Position numbers and translations under genes: made by a program | Part shown: in pieces, positions 12,926 through 26,454 of the stretch | Numbering within the stretch: position 1 is the stretch's first letter | Layout: each line of letters starts with the position of its first letter | Assembly: GCF_009914755.1 (NCBI RefSeq) | Contig: NC_060927.1 | DNA from: the human T2T-CHM13v2.0 reference genome, Homo sapiens | Reading direction: 5' to 3' (one strand) | DNA: 64,000 bases | Notes under the pieces: model-generated | The model's database searches: none | What the model saw: only the letters and a program-made list of their open reading frames with translations | What the model was told of the DNA's origin: nothing

Positions 12926-15250
12926 TAATATGGTTTGGGTCTGTGTTCCCACCCAAATCTCAAGTCGAACTGTAATCCTCAATATTGGAGGTGGAGCTTG
13001 GTGGGAGGTAAGTAAATCTTGAAGGCATATTTCCCATTTGGTGCTCTTCTCATGACAGTGAGTGAGTTATCTCGAGATTTGGTTGTTTAAAAGTGTGCGA
13101 CACCTCCCCTCTCTCTCTCTTCCTCCTGCTTCAGCCATGTAAAACATGCCTGCCTCCCCTTCACCTTCCACTATGATTGTAAGTTTACCAAGGCCTTCCC
13201 AGCAACGTTTCCTCTACAGCCTGCAGAACTGTGAATCAATTAAACCTCTTTCTTTGTAAATTACCCAGTCTCAGGTATTTCTTTATAGCAATGCAAGAAC
13301 AGATTAATATAGAAAATTGGTACCAGGAATGGGGCATTGCTATAAAGATACCTGAAAATGTGGTGGAAGTGGCTTTGGAACTGGGTAATGGGCAGAAGTT
13401 TGAACAGTTCAAAGGGCTCAGAAGAAGACAGGAAGATGAGGGAAAGTTTGGAATTCCTAGAGATTTGCTGAATGGTTGTGACCAAAATGCAGATAGTGAT
13501 ATGGATGGTGAAGTCTAGGATGAGGAGGTCTCAGATGGAAATGAGAAACTTATTGGGAACTGGAGTAAAGGTCACTCTTGATATGCTTTAGCAGAGATTG
13601 GTGGCATTGTGCCCCAGCTCTAGGGATCTGTAGAATTTTGAACTTGAGAGAGATGATTTAGAGTACCTGGTGGAAGACATTTCTAAGCAGCAAAGTGTTC
13701 AAGGTAAACCTGAACTGCTAAATCCTGGCTGCTTCTAAAAGCCTATGCTCATATGCATGAGCAAAGAAATGATCTGAAACTGGAACTTATATGTAAAAGG
13801 GAAGCAGATCATAAATGTTTGAAAACCTTGCAGCCTGGCCATGCAGTAGAAAAGAAAAACCCATTTTCTGGGAAGAAATTCAAGCCAGCTGAAGAAATTT
13901 GCATAACTAAAAGGAAGGCAAGAACTAGTAGCCAAGACAATGGGGAAAAAAAGCCCTTGAAGACACATCAGAGACCTCACAGCAGCCCCTCCAATCACGG
14001 GCCCCAAAGCCTAAGGAGGAAGAATGGTTTCATGGGCCAGACACAGGGCCCTGCTTTCCTGTGCAGCCTCAAAACACTGCTCCCTGCATCCTGGCTGCTC
14101 CAGTTCCAGCTGTGGCTCAAAGGATCCTAGGTACATCTCAGGCTGCTGCTTCTGAGGATTCAAGCCACAAACCTTAGCAGCTTCTATGTGGTGTTAAGCC
14201 TGCAGCTGCACAGACTGTAAAAGTTGAGGTTTGGGAGCCTCTGCCTAGATTTCAGAAGATGTATGGAAAAGCCTGGAACACCAAGCAGAAGCCTCCACAC
14301 AGAGTCCCCAATGGGACACTGCCTACTGGACCTGTGGGAAGAGGGCTAGATACACTGACAGCTTGTACCCTGCACCTGGAAAAGACACAGGCACTAAATG
14401 CCACCCCTGAAAGCAGCCTCAGGGACTGTACCCTGTAGAGCCTCAGGTGGAGCTGCCCAAGGCCTTGGGAGCCTACCCTTCACACCAGTGTGCCCTGAGT
14501 GTGAGACATAGAGTCGAAAGAGATTATTTTGGAGCTTTAAGATTTAATAACTGCCCTGCTGGGTTTCAGATTTGCATAGTGCCTGTAGCCCTTTCTTCTC
14601 CCCAGTTTCTCCCATCTGGAAAGGGAGTATTTACCCAATGCCTGTACCCCCATTGTATCCATGAAGTAACTAATTTGTTTTTGATTTTACAGGCTCATAG
14701 GTGGAAGGGACTAGCCTTGTATTAGATGAGGCTTTGGACTTTGGACTTTTGAGTTAATGCTGGAATGAGTTAAGGCTTTGGGGTAGCTTTTGGAAGGCAT
14801 TATTGTATTTTGAAATGTGAGAAGGACATGGGATATTGGAGGGGCTAGGGATGGAATAATATGGTTTGGGTCTGTGTCTCCACCCAAATCACATGTCAAA
14901 TTATAATCCCAACATTGGAGTAGGCACCTGGTGGGAGGTGATTGGATTATGAGAACATATTTCCCCTTTGGTGCTGTACTCATGATAGTAAGTTCTCACG
15001 AGATCTGTTTGCTTAAAACTGTGTAACGCCTCTCCTCCCTTCCTTCCTCCTGCTCCAGTCATGTAATACAGACCTGCTTCCTCTTTGCCTTCTGCTATGA
15101 TTGTAAGTTTTCTGAGGCCTTCCCAGCCATGTTTTCTGTACAGCTTGCAGAACTGTGAGCCAATTAAATCTCTTTTCTTCATGAGTTACCAAGTTGGCTG
15201 GGTATTTTATAAAGTATTTCTTTATAGCAGTGTAAGAACAGACTAATACA
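12926..15250 (+). mobile_element. Full-length MSTA-type MaLR provirus: 5' LTR 12926-13311, internal 13312-14856, 3' LTR 14857-15250
   Basis: Two direct LTRs both starting taatatggtttgggtctgtg and ending taata(t/c)a; internal region starts gaaaattggtacc; degenerate 5-bp TSD gattc/gggtc. Confidence 0.92.
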
Positions 15251-15595
15251 GGGTCCCACTGCACCACGATCTCAGGGAAGCAGGCTGGGCACCCAGCAAT
15301 GACACACATGACCAGTTTCGATCTCCATGCTGGCTATAGCTGCAGGTCTCATCACCGGGGAGAAACTGTAGCCATAGCAGCTGTCCTCCCACCCCAGGAC
15401 TGTGACCAGCGAGAACACAATTCCAGCACCTTCTGCTGAGATGCTTTCCACATTTCTGGCTGTGGAGGCACCTACCTGGCTCCAGAACAAACACCTCAGT
15501 CTTTGGCCTGAGACTATAATGCCTGTATGGCCATGCTGCCAGGTTGCCAAAGAATGGTTAACTTTGTGTGTACTCAGATTAAAAATGGCATCTTG

Positions 15596-15900
15596 GGCCA
15601 GGTGTGGTGGATTATGCCTGTAACCCCAGCACTTTGGGAGGCCGAGTGGGGGCAGATCAGTTGTGAACTAAAGTTTGAGACAAGACTGGCTAACATGGTG
15701 AAACCCTGTCTCTACGAAAAAATACAAGAATTAGCCAGGCGTGGTGGTGGGCACCTGTAGTCCCAGTTACTCAGGAGGCTGAGGCAGGAGAATCACTTGA
15801 ACCTGGGAGGTAGAGGTTGCAGTGAGCCAAGATCACACCATTGTACTCCAGCCCGGGCATCAGAGCAAGACTAAATCTTATTAAAAAAAAAAAAAAAAAC
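15596..15900 (+). mobile_element. AluS
   Basis: Full dimer; TSD aaatggcatcttg / aaatgacattttg. Confidence 0.95.
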
Positions 15901-17424
15901 AAATGACATTTTGCTCTTAGTCACAGATACAGGAAAATGCCTGCAGCTTTTCCAAGTCTTTCTCTCTCAGCACTTCCAAGCCTCTGGGTTGCTTGGATTC
16001 TCAATGGAAGGGTGAGTCACAGAGAGAGGCACTCTTTATCTCTCACTTAATGGAAATTTACTCACTTTTATCAGCTGGACACCATCACAGGAGCTGTTTG
16101 CCCACATTCTCCTCCCCTGGGTCTGTAGTGTTCTACACAATTCCAGTGGATTCCCATTTTCCTTATCAAAAATGCAGTTATTTTTCACAGAGTTGTTCTT
16201 TATGCACTACCTTGTTATTTACAAGTGGTTGAGGCTCACTAAAAGCCTCATCTCTCATCTTGGAGGAAAACATATATGGTATGAGATTGGGCCTGTAATA
16301 TTTTTTTCTAATTTAATTATTCTGCATGTGGAAATACAGTTTTTCTAAGACCATTCATTGAAAATATTATGTTTCCTTATTGTTTCTTCTTGGCACCTTT
16401 ATTAAAAATCCATTGACTGTAAACGTGTAGTTATATTTCTGTTCTTGCTGTTGTGTTCCATTGGTCTATGTATCTGTTTTTATGCCAGTGCCATGTTGTT
16501 TTGATTACTGTGGCTTTGTGGTATAGTCTCAAGTCAGATAGTATAGTACAATACGTCAAGCTTTGTTCTTTTTGCTCAACATTACTTTGATTATTAGGAG
16601 TCTTTTCTGGTTTCATATAAATTTTAGGATTTATTTCTATTTCTGTGAAAAATGTTATTGGAATTGTGATAGCAATTGCATTCACTGTAGGTCACTTTGG
16701 ATAGTATGAATGTTTTAACAATATTCTTCAATTCCATGAATATGGGATATCTTTTCATTTATTTATGTATTCATCAATTTATTTCACCAGTATTTTAGAG
16801 TTTTCAGTATACATGTCTTTCACCTCCGTGGGTAAATTTATTTCTATGTATTTTATTCTTGGTAGCTATCACAAATAGGATTTTTTTCATTTTCCTTTTT
16901 TTTTTTTTTTGGATTGATCATTCCTAATGTATAGAAATGCTACTGATTCTTTGTATGTTGATTTTTCTATTCTGCAACTTTACTGAATTTATTCTAACTA
17001 ATTAGTTTTTAAGGGAATTCTTAGTGTTCTCTCTATATAAGATCATCTCACTGGCAAACGGATCCAATTTACCTTCTTTTTTTCCAATTTGAATTCTTTT
17101 ATTTCTTTCTCTTGTCTAATTTCTCTGGCTAGAAGTTCAATAGTATGTTGAAAAGAGATGATGAGAGGGATCCTTGTCTTGTTCCTGATCTTAAAGGAAA
17201 AGCTTTCAACTTTCCACCAATGAGTATAATGTTTTCAATGGGCTTGTCAAATGTGGTCTTTATTGTGTTGAGGTGCATTCCTTCTAAACTTGTTAAAAGT
17301 TTTTTGTTAACAGTTACCATGAAAATATGTTGAATTTTTTCAAATGCTTTTGCTGCATCTATTATATTTTGTAGATTGTATTTTTTGACCTGCATTCTAT
17401 TCTGTTAATGTGATGTGTAATATT

Positions 17425-20400
17425 TTTTTTCTTTTTTTATTATACTTTATTATAAAGTATATTATTTCTTTTTTTATTATACTTTTTTTTCTTTTTTTTA
17501 CACTTTAAGTTCTGGGGTACATGTGCAGAGTGTTCAGTTTTGTTACACAGGTATACATGTCCCACAGTGGTTTGCTGCAACCATCAACCCATCATCTACA
17601 TTAGGTGTTTCTCCTAATGCTATCCCTCCCCTTGCCTGCCATCCCCTGACAGGCCCCAGTGTGAGATGTTCCCCTCCTTGTGCACATGTGTTCTCATTGT
17701 TCAACTCCCACTTATGAGTGAGAACAAGTGGTGTTTGGTTTTCTATGCCTGTGTTAGTTTGCTGAGAATGATAGTTTCCAGCTCCATCCATGTTCCTGTA
17801 AAAAACATGAACTCATTCTTTTTTATGGCTGCTTAGTATTCCATGGTGTATATATGCCACGTTTTCTTTATCCAGTATAACATTGATGGGCATTTGGGTT
17901 GGTTCCACGTCTTTGCTATTGTGAATATTTCTACATTAAACATAACTGTGCATGTGTCTTTATAGTAGCATGATTTATAATCATTTGGGTATATACCCAG
18001 TAATGAGATTGCTGGGTCAAATGGTATTTCTAGTTCTAGATCATTGAGGAATTGCCACACTGTCTTCCACAATGGTTGAACTAATTTACACTCCCACCAA
18101 CAGTGTAAAAGCATTCCTATTTCTCCACATCCTCTCCAGCATCTGTTGTTTCCTGACTTTTTAATGATCACCATTCTAACTGGCATGAGATGGTATCTCA
18201 TTGTGGTTTTGATTTGCATTTCTCTAATGACCAGTGATGATGAGCATTTTTTCATAGGTTTGTTAGTTGCATAACTCTCTTGAAGTGTCTGTTCATATCC
18301 TTTGCCTAATTTTTGATGGGGTTGTTTTTTTCTTGTAAATTTGTTTAAGTTCTTTGTAGATTCTGGATATTAGCCCTTTGTCAGATGGATGGATTGCAAA
18401 AATTTTCTCCCTTCTGTAGGTTGCCTGTTCACTCTGATGATAGTTTCTTTGCTGTGCAGAAGCTCTTTAGTTTAATTAGATCCCATTTGTCTATTTTGGC
18501 TATTGTTGCCATTGCTGCCATTGTTGCCAATTGGTGTTTTAGTCATGAAGTCTTTGCCCATGACTATGTCCTAAAACGTATTGCCTAGGTTTTCTTCTAG
18601 GGTTTTTATGGCTTTAGGTGTTACATTGAAGTCTTTAATCCATCTTGAGTTAATTTTGTAAAGTTTTAGCTTTCCGCATACAGGTAGCCAGTTTTCCCAA
18701 CACCATTTATTAAATAGGGAATCCTTTCCCCATTGCTTGTTTTTGTCAGGTTTGTCAAAGATCAGATGGTTGTAGATGTGTGGCGTTATTTCTGAGGCCT
18801 CTATTCTGTTCCATAGGTCTCTTTTTGTTCAAGTACCATGCTGTTTTGGTTACTGTAGCATTGTAGTATAGTTTGAAGTCAGGTAGCATGATGTCTCCAG
18901 CTTTGTTCTTTTTGCTTAGGATTGTCTTGGTTATGTGGGCTCTTTTTTGGCTCCATATGAAATTTAAAGTAGTTTTTTCTAGTTCTGTTTAGAAAGTCAG
19001 TGGTAGCTTGATGGGGATAGCATTGAATCTATAAATTACTTTGGACAGCGTGGCCATTTTCATGATATTGATTCTTCCTATCCATGAGCATGTAATGTTT
19101 TTCCATTTGTTTGTGTCCTCTTATTTCCTTGAGCAGTAGTTTGTAGTTCTCCTGGATAAGGTCCTTCACATCCCTTGTAAGTTGTACTCCTAGGTATTTT
19201 ATTCTCTTTGTAGCAATTGTGAATGGGAGTTCACTCATGATTTGGCCTTCTGTTTATCTATTATTGGCGTATAGGAATGCTTGTGATTTTTTGCACATTG
19301 ATTTTGTATCCTGAGACTTTGCTGAAGTTGCTTATCAGCTTAAGATTTTGGGCTGAGACAATGGGGTTTTCTAAATATACAGTCAGGTCATCTGCAAACA
19401 GAGACAATTTTACTTCATCTTTTCCAAATTGAATACCCTTTATTTCTTTATCTTGCCTCATTGCCCCAGCCAGAACTTCCAATACTATGTTGAATAGGAG
19501 TGGTGAGAGAGGGCATCCTTGTCTTGTGCCGGTTTTCAAAGGGAATGTTTCCAGTTTTTGCCCATTCAGTATGATATCGGCTGTGGGTTGGTCATAAATG
19601 TCTCTTATTATTTTGAGATATGTTCCATCAATACCTAGTTTATTGAGACTTTCTAGCATGAATTGGTGTTGAACTTTATCGAAGGCCTTTTCTGCATCTA
19701 TTGAGATAATCATGTGGTTTTTGTAGTTGGTTCTGTTTATGTGATGGATTATCTTTATTGATTTGTGTATGTTGAACCAGACTTGCATCCCAGGGATGAA
19801 GCCGACTTGATCATGGTGGATAAGCTTTTTGATGGGCTGCTGCATTCAGTTTGCCAGTATTTTCTTGAGGATTTTCACATTGATGTTCATCACTGATATT
19901 GGCATACAATTTTCTTTTTTTGTTGTGTCTCTGCCAGGTTTTGTTATCAGATGATGCTGGCCTCATAAAATGAGTTAGGGAGGATTCCCTCTTTTTCTAT
20001 TGTTTGGAATAGTTTCAGAAGGAATGGTGCCAGCTCCTCTTTGTACCTCCGGTAGAATTCAGCTATGAATCCATCTGGTCCTGGACTTTTTTTTTGGTTG
20101 GTAGGTAATTAATTGCTGCCCCAATTTTCAGAACTTGTTATTGGTTTATTCAGGGATTTGACTTCTTCCTGGTATATTCTTGGGAGGGTGTATGTGTCCA
20201 GGAATGTACCCATTTTTTCTACATTTTCTAGTTTATTTGTGTAGAGGTGTTTATGTATTCTCTGATGGTTACCTTGTATTTTTGTGGGATCAGTGGTGAT
20301 ATCCCCTTTATTATTTTTTATTGCATCTATTTGATTCTTCTCTCTTTTCTTCTTAGTCTGGCTAGTAGTCTATCTAATTTGTTGATCTTTTCAAAAAACC

Positions 20401-23400
20401 AGCTCCTGGTTCATTGATTTTTTTGAAGGGGTTTTTGTGTCTCTATCTCCTTCAGTTCTGCTCTGATCTTAGTTATTTCTTGTCTTCTGCTAGCTTTTGA
20501 ATGTGTTTGCTCTTGCTTCTCTAGTTCTTTCAATTTTAATGCTAGGCTGTCAATTTTAGATCTTTGCTGCTTTCTCTTGTGGGCATTCAATGCCATAAAT
20601 TTCCCTCTGCACACTGCTTTAGCTGTGTCCCAGAGATTCTCGTATGTTGTGTCTTTGTTCTCATTGGTTTTGAAAAACATCTTTATTTCTGCCTTAATTT
20701 TGTTATTTACCCAATAGTCATTCAGGAGCAGGTTGTTCGGTTTCCATGTAGTTGTGTGGTTTTGAGTGAGTTTCTTAATCCTGAGTTCTAATTTAATTGC
20801 ACTGTGGTCTGAGAGACTGTTTGTTATGATTTCCATTCTTTTGCATATGCTGAGGAGTGTTTTACTTCCAATTATGTGGTCAATTTTAGAGTAAGTGCAG
20901 TGTGGTGCTGAGAAGAATGTATATTCTGTTGAGTTGGGGTGGAGAGTTCTGTAGATGTCTGTTAGGTCCACTTGGTCCAGAGCTAAATTCAAGTCCTGGA
21001 TATCCTTATTAATTTTCTGTCTCATTGATCTGTCTAATATTGACAGTGGGATGTTAAAGTCTCCCACTATTCTTGTGTAGGAGTCTAAGTCTTTTTGTAG
21101 GTCTCTAAGAACTTGCTTTATGAATCTGGTTGCTCCTGTATTGGGTGCATATATATTTAGGACAGTTAGCTCTTCTTGTTGCATTGATCACTCTACCATT
21201 ATGTAATGCCCTTCTTGGGCTTTTTTTTTTTATCTCTGTTGGTTTAAAGTCTGTTTTATCAGGCTTTTTTTTGCTTTCCATTCACTTGGTAAATATTGCT
21301 CCATCCCTTTATCTTGAGCCTATGTGTGTCTTTGCATATGAGATGGGTCTCCTGAATACAGCACACAGAGGAATCTTGACTGTTTATCCAATTTGCCAGT
21401 CTTTGTCTTTTAATTGGGGCATTTAGCCCCTTTACATTTCAGATTAATACTGTTATGTATCAATTTGATCCTGTCATCATGATGCTAGCTGGTTATTTTG
21501 CCCATTAGTTGATGTAGTTTCTTCATGGTGTTGATGGTCTTTACAATTTGGTATGTTTTTGCAGTGGCTGGTACCAGTTGTTCCTTTCCATGTTTAGTTC
21601 ATCCTTCAGGAGCTCTTGTAAGGCAGTCCTGGTGGTGACAAAATCTCTCAGCATTTGCTTGTCTGTTAAAGATTTTATTTCTTCTTTGCTTATGAAGATT
21701 AGTTTGGCTGGGTTGAAAATCTGGGTTGAAAATTCTTTTCTTTAAGAATGTTGAATATTGCCCCCACTCTCTTCTTGATTGTAGGGTTGCTGCCGAGAGA
21801 TCCACTGTAAGTCTAATGGGCTTCCCTTTGTGGGTAACCTGACCTTTCTCTCTGGCTGCCTTTACCATTTTTTCTTTCATTTCAACCTTGGTGAATCTGA
21901 CAATTATGTGTCTTGGGGTTGCTTTTCTCAAGGAGTATCTTTGTGGTGTTCTCTGTATTTCCTGAATTTGAATGTTGGCCTGCCTTACTAGGTTGGGGAA
22001 GTTCTCCTGGATAATATCCTGAAGTGTGTTTTCCAACTTGGTTCCATTCTCCCCATCACTTTCAGGAACACCAATCAAACGTAGATTTGGTCTTTTCACA
22101 AAGACCTTATTTCTTGGAGGCTCTGTTCATTTCTTTTCACTCTTTTTTTCTCTAATGCTGTCTTCTCACTTTGTTTCATTGAGTTGATCTTCACTCTCTG
22201 ATATCCTTTCTTCCACTTGATCAATTCACCTATTGATACTTGTGTATGCTTCACGAAGTTCTCATGCTGTGTTTTTCAGCTCCATCAGATCATTTATGTT
22301 CTTATCTAAACTGGTTATTCTAGTTAGCAATTCCTCTAACCTTTTTTTCAAGGTGCTTAGCTTCCTTGCTTTGGGTTAGAACATGCTCCTTTAGCTCAGA
22401 GGAGGTTGTTATTACCCACCTTCTGAAGCCTACTTCTGGCAATTTGTCAAACTCATTCTCCATCCAGTTTTGTTCCCTTGCTGGCAAGTTGTGATCCTTT
22501 GGAGGAGAAAAGGCATTCTGGTTTTTGGAATTTTCAGCTTTTTTGCACTGGTTTCTCCGCATCTTCATGGATTTACCTATCTTTGGTCTTTCCTATTGGT
22601 GACCTTTGGATGGGGTCTCTGAATGGACATCCTTTTTGTTGATGTTGATGTTACTATTCCCTTCTGTTAGTTTTCCTTCTAACAGTCAGGCCCCTCTGCT
22701 GCAGGTCTGCTGGAGTTTGCTGGGGGTCCATTTCAGACCCTGTTTGCCTACGTATCACCAGCAGAGCCTGAAGAACAACAAAGATTGCTGGCTGTTCCTT
22801 CCTCTGGAAGCTTCATCCCAGAGGGGCACCTGCTAGATGCCAGCCAGAAGTCTCCTGTATATGGGGTCTTTTGGTCCCTACTAGGAGGTGTCTCCCAGTC
22901 AGGATACACAGGGGTCAGGGACTCACTTGAGGACACAGTCTGTTCCTTATCAGAGCTTGAACACTGTGCTGGGAGATCCACTGCTCTCTTCAGAGCTGTC
23001 AGGCAGGGATGTTTAAGTCTGCTGAAGCTGTGCCCACAGCTGCTCCTTCCCCCATGTGCTCTGTCCTAGGGAGATGGGGGTTTTATCTATAAGTCCCTGA
23101 CTGGGGCTGCTGCCTTTTTTTCAGAGATGCCCTGCCTAGAGAGGAGGAATCTAGAGAGGCAGTTGGTCTTGCTGAGCTGCGGTGGTCTCCACCCAGTTCA
23201 AACTTCCCAGCAGCTTTGTTTACATTGTGAGGGTAAAACAGCCTACTCAAGCTTCAGCATTGGCAGGTGCCCCTCCCCCCACCAAGCTTAAGCATCCCAG
23301 TTCCACCTCAGACTGCTGTGCTAGCAGCAAGAATTTCAAGCCAGTGGATCTTAGCTTGCTAGGCTCTGTGAGGGTGGTACCCACCAAGCCAGGCACCAGA

Positions 23401-23725
23401 GGGAATCTCCTGGTCTGCTGGTTGTGGAGACCAATGGAAAAGCACAGTATCTGGGCCAGATTGTACCATTCCTCCTGATACAGTCTCTCACAAATTCCTT
23501 TGACTAGGGAAGGGAAATCCCCCAACCCCTTGAGCTTCCCGGATGAGGCCACACCCCACCCTGCTTCAGCTTGCCCTCCGTGGGCTGCACCCACTGTCCC
23601 ACCAGTCCCAGTGAGATCAACTGTGTATCTCAGTTGGAAATGCAGAAATCACCCACCTTCTGCATCAATCTCGCTGGGAGCTACAGACCTGAACTGTTCC
23701 TATTTGACCATCTTGACAGCTCTCC
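17425..23725 (-). mobile_element. Full-length (~6.3 kb) L1PA7/8-like element; ORF1 and ORF2 broken by stops and frameshifts
   Basis: ORF1 MKMRRNQCKKAENSKNQN; RT motif LSLFADD; C-terminal [18 protein letters not shown]; TSD tgatgtgtaatatt (17411-17424) / tgatgtaccatatt (23726-23739). Confidence 0.97.
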
Positions 23726-24228
23726 TGATGTACCATATTTATTCACATTCATGTTCATCAGAGATATTGACCTGTAATTTTATTGTTTGTAGTATCCTTG
23801 TCTGGCCTTACTATCAGGGTAATGTTGGCCTTGTAAAAAGTTTGGAAATATTTCCTCTTCTTCAATATTTTGGAAGAGTTTGAGAAGGATTGGAATTAGG
23901 TTTTCTTCAAGTGATTGTCAGAATTCAGTTAGGAATCCATCAAGGTATGGGTTTTTCATTGAGGGAACACTTTATATTACTGATTCAGTCTTACTTGTTA
24001 TTGATGTGTTCAGATTTTCTATTTCATAGTAGGTTGAATGTGTGTAAGAATTTATTCATTCGTTTCAGGCTATCTAATCTGTTGAGATATAATTATACAG
24101 AGTAGTCTTTTATAATTTTTTGTATTTCTGTGATATCAGTTGTGATCTCTCCCTCTTACTCATTTTGAGTCCTCAGGTTTTTTTTCTTAATCTAGCTAAA
24201 GATTTGTCAATTTTGCTTCTCTTTTTAA

Positions 24229-24707
24229 CCCTTTGCTCAATTAGGAAAAAAAAGTACCACTTGCTACCAGCACTCATTTAATTTTACATAAGTACCCTCT
24301 TTGAGGCTGAAGTAAATGTGACTAATTTTCAATGTGAAAATGAAATACAAAAACTTTTCTTGGAGTTATTTCTAAACAGAACTAACATCAGAATCTTCTG
24401 AATCATCAGAATCATCTATTTTAGAAAAATCTGATTCATCAAATAAAAACTGAAAATGACACTAACATCATGTGTAGTAATGCTATCTTTTCTAGGATTA
24501 GGTATTTTCAGCAATTGAGAATTACCATATTTTGTAAATGGAAAATCACTGCTAAAATAGGATGATGTCTTTTGTTTCCAAAGTTGATATAGTAGAGTAA
24601 TGCAAAAATAACAATAAAAGCAAGATATGTCATGGCAGTTATTTCTGGATAAACTCTGCAGCTGCAAGTGCCACTGGCAAATTTTCTTGAGGCAGATGGG
24701 GAAAGGA
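24229..24707 (-). mobile_element. MER75 non-autonomous piggyBac DNA transposon
   Basis: Terminal cccttt.../...aaagga with TTAA at 24225-24228 and 24708-24711; internal aacagaactaacatcagaatc...gaatcatcagaatc. Confidence 0.9.
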
Positions 24708-26159
24708 TTAAAAAATTAGCTTTTATCTTCCTTGATCTTTTCTATTGTTTTTCTAGTCTCTATTTTATTTATTTCTGCTCTGATCATTATTTCCTTCCTT
24801 TGACTAATTTTGGGGCTTAGTTTTTTCTCCTTTTTCTAGTTCCTTGAGGGGTAGTGTAGTTTTTTGGAGATTTTTCTTCTTTTTTGAGGTAGGCATTCAT
24901 TGCCATAGACTTCCCTTTCAGAACTGCTTTTGCTGTGTTTCAGAAGCTTTTATATATTGTTCATTTATTTTCACTTGTCTCAAGATGTTTTTTAATTTCC
25001 CTTTCAATTTCTTCTTTGACCCATTGGTTATTCAGGAGCATATTGATTAATTTTTGAATTTTCCAAAACTTCTGTTACTGATTTCTAATTTTATACCAGT
25101 GTGGTCAGAAAAGATGCCTGATACAATTTCAATCTTTAAATTTATTAAGACTTATTTTGTGGCCTACCATATGATCCATCTGATCTATCCTGGAGAATGT
25201 GCCATGCCAATTAAGAAGAATGTGTATTCTGCAGCTGTTGGATGCAGTGTTCTGTATATGTCTTTTAGGTCCATTTGGTCTATAGGGTCATTTACTTTCA
25301 ATGTTTCTATATTAATGTCTTGTGGCTGGATAATCTATTCATTGCTGAAAGTGGGTTGTTGATGTCTGTTACTATTTTATAAAAATCTCTCTCCTCAGAT
25401 CTATTAATATTTGCTTTATATATTTAGGTGTTCTGATGTTGGGTGTATATATATTTATAATTGTTATACCCTTTTCCTGAATTGACCCCTTTATCATTAT
25501 ATAATAACCTCCTTTGTTTCTTTTTACAGCTTTTAACTCTCTGTTTTATCTGATATGTGTATAACTACTCCTGCTCTCTTTTGGTTTATATTTGCATAGA
25601 ATATCTTTTTCTATCCCTTTGCTTCAGTCTATGTGTGCACTTAAGTTTGAAGTGAGTCTCTTGTAAGTAGCATATAGTTGGGTCCTTTTTTTAATCTACT
25701 AAGTCACTCTGTGTCTTTTGATTGGATATGCCAGGTAATTATTGGCGGGTAAGGACTTACTATTCTCGTGTTCTTTAAACTGGAAGAAAGGGATGCTAAT
25801 TAGTCACTTTAACCTTTCTTAAGACTGGTCTGGGGTGATGAACTCCCTCAGCTTTTGTCTGTCTGAGAAAGGCTTTTATCTTTCATTTCTGAAGGATAGC
25901 TTTGCCGGGTACAGTATTCTTGGTTGACAGGTTTTTTTTCTTTTTTTCTTAAGCACTCAGAATATATCATCCTCCTCTATCCTGGCTTGTAAGGCTTCTG
26001 TTGAGAAGTCTGTTGCTAGCTTTATTGGACCTCCTTTATATGTGACTTGCTTGTTTTCTCTTGCTGCTTTTGGGATCCTCTCTTTTGTCTTTGATATTTT
26101 ACAATTCAATTTTAATATATCTTGGTGTGGTATTGGAATTGGATTAAATCCGATTGGAC

Positions 26160-26454
26160 TTTTTTTTTTTTTGAGATGGAGTCTCTCTCTGTCACCCAGG
26201 CTGGAGTGCAATGGTGCGATCTCGGCTCAACTGCAAGCTCCGCCTCCCAGGTTCATGCCATTATCCTGCCTCAGCCTCCTGAGTAGCTGGAACTACAGGT
26301 GCCCACCACCACACCTGGCTAATTTTTTGTATTTTTAGTAGAGACGGGGTTTCACCACGTTAACCAGGATGGTCTTGATCTCCTGACCTCGTGATCCACC
26401 CACCATGGCCTCCCAAACTGCTGGGATTACAGGCGTGAGCCACCGCGCCCAGCC
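26160..26454 (-). mobile_element. AluY
   Basis: Diagnostic ctgcaagctccgcctcc...gttcatgccatt and gacctcgtgatcc; TSD gattggac. Confidence 0.92.

Larger units (their letters stand above)
11420..16270 (-). mobile_element. Internally deleted L1P (L1PA15/16 or L1PB-like): 3' ~1.2 kb fused to 5'UTR, with nested MSTA and Alu
   Basis: 3' end ggggtatatgtgcaggtttgttacctgggtatattgtgtgatgctgagg; repeated 5'UTR units (caaatgcctg...ctgcacca.gatct); 5' terminus catcttgga at ~16256-16264. Confidence 0.7.

Noticed and set aside
17425-23725. Possibly retrotransposition-competent full-length L1
   Set aside because: ORF1 and ORF2 are fragmented by many stops and frameshifts, and the 5'UTR is CpG-decayed
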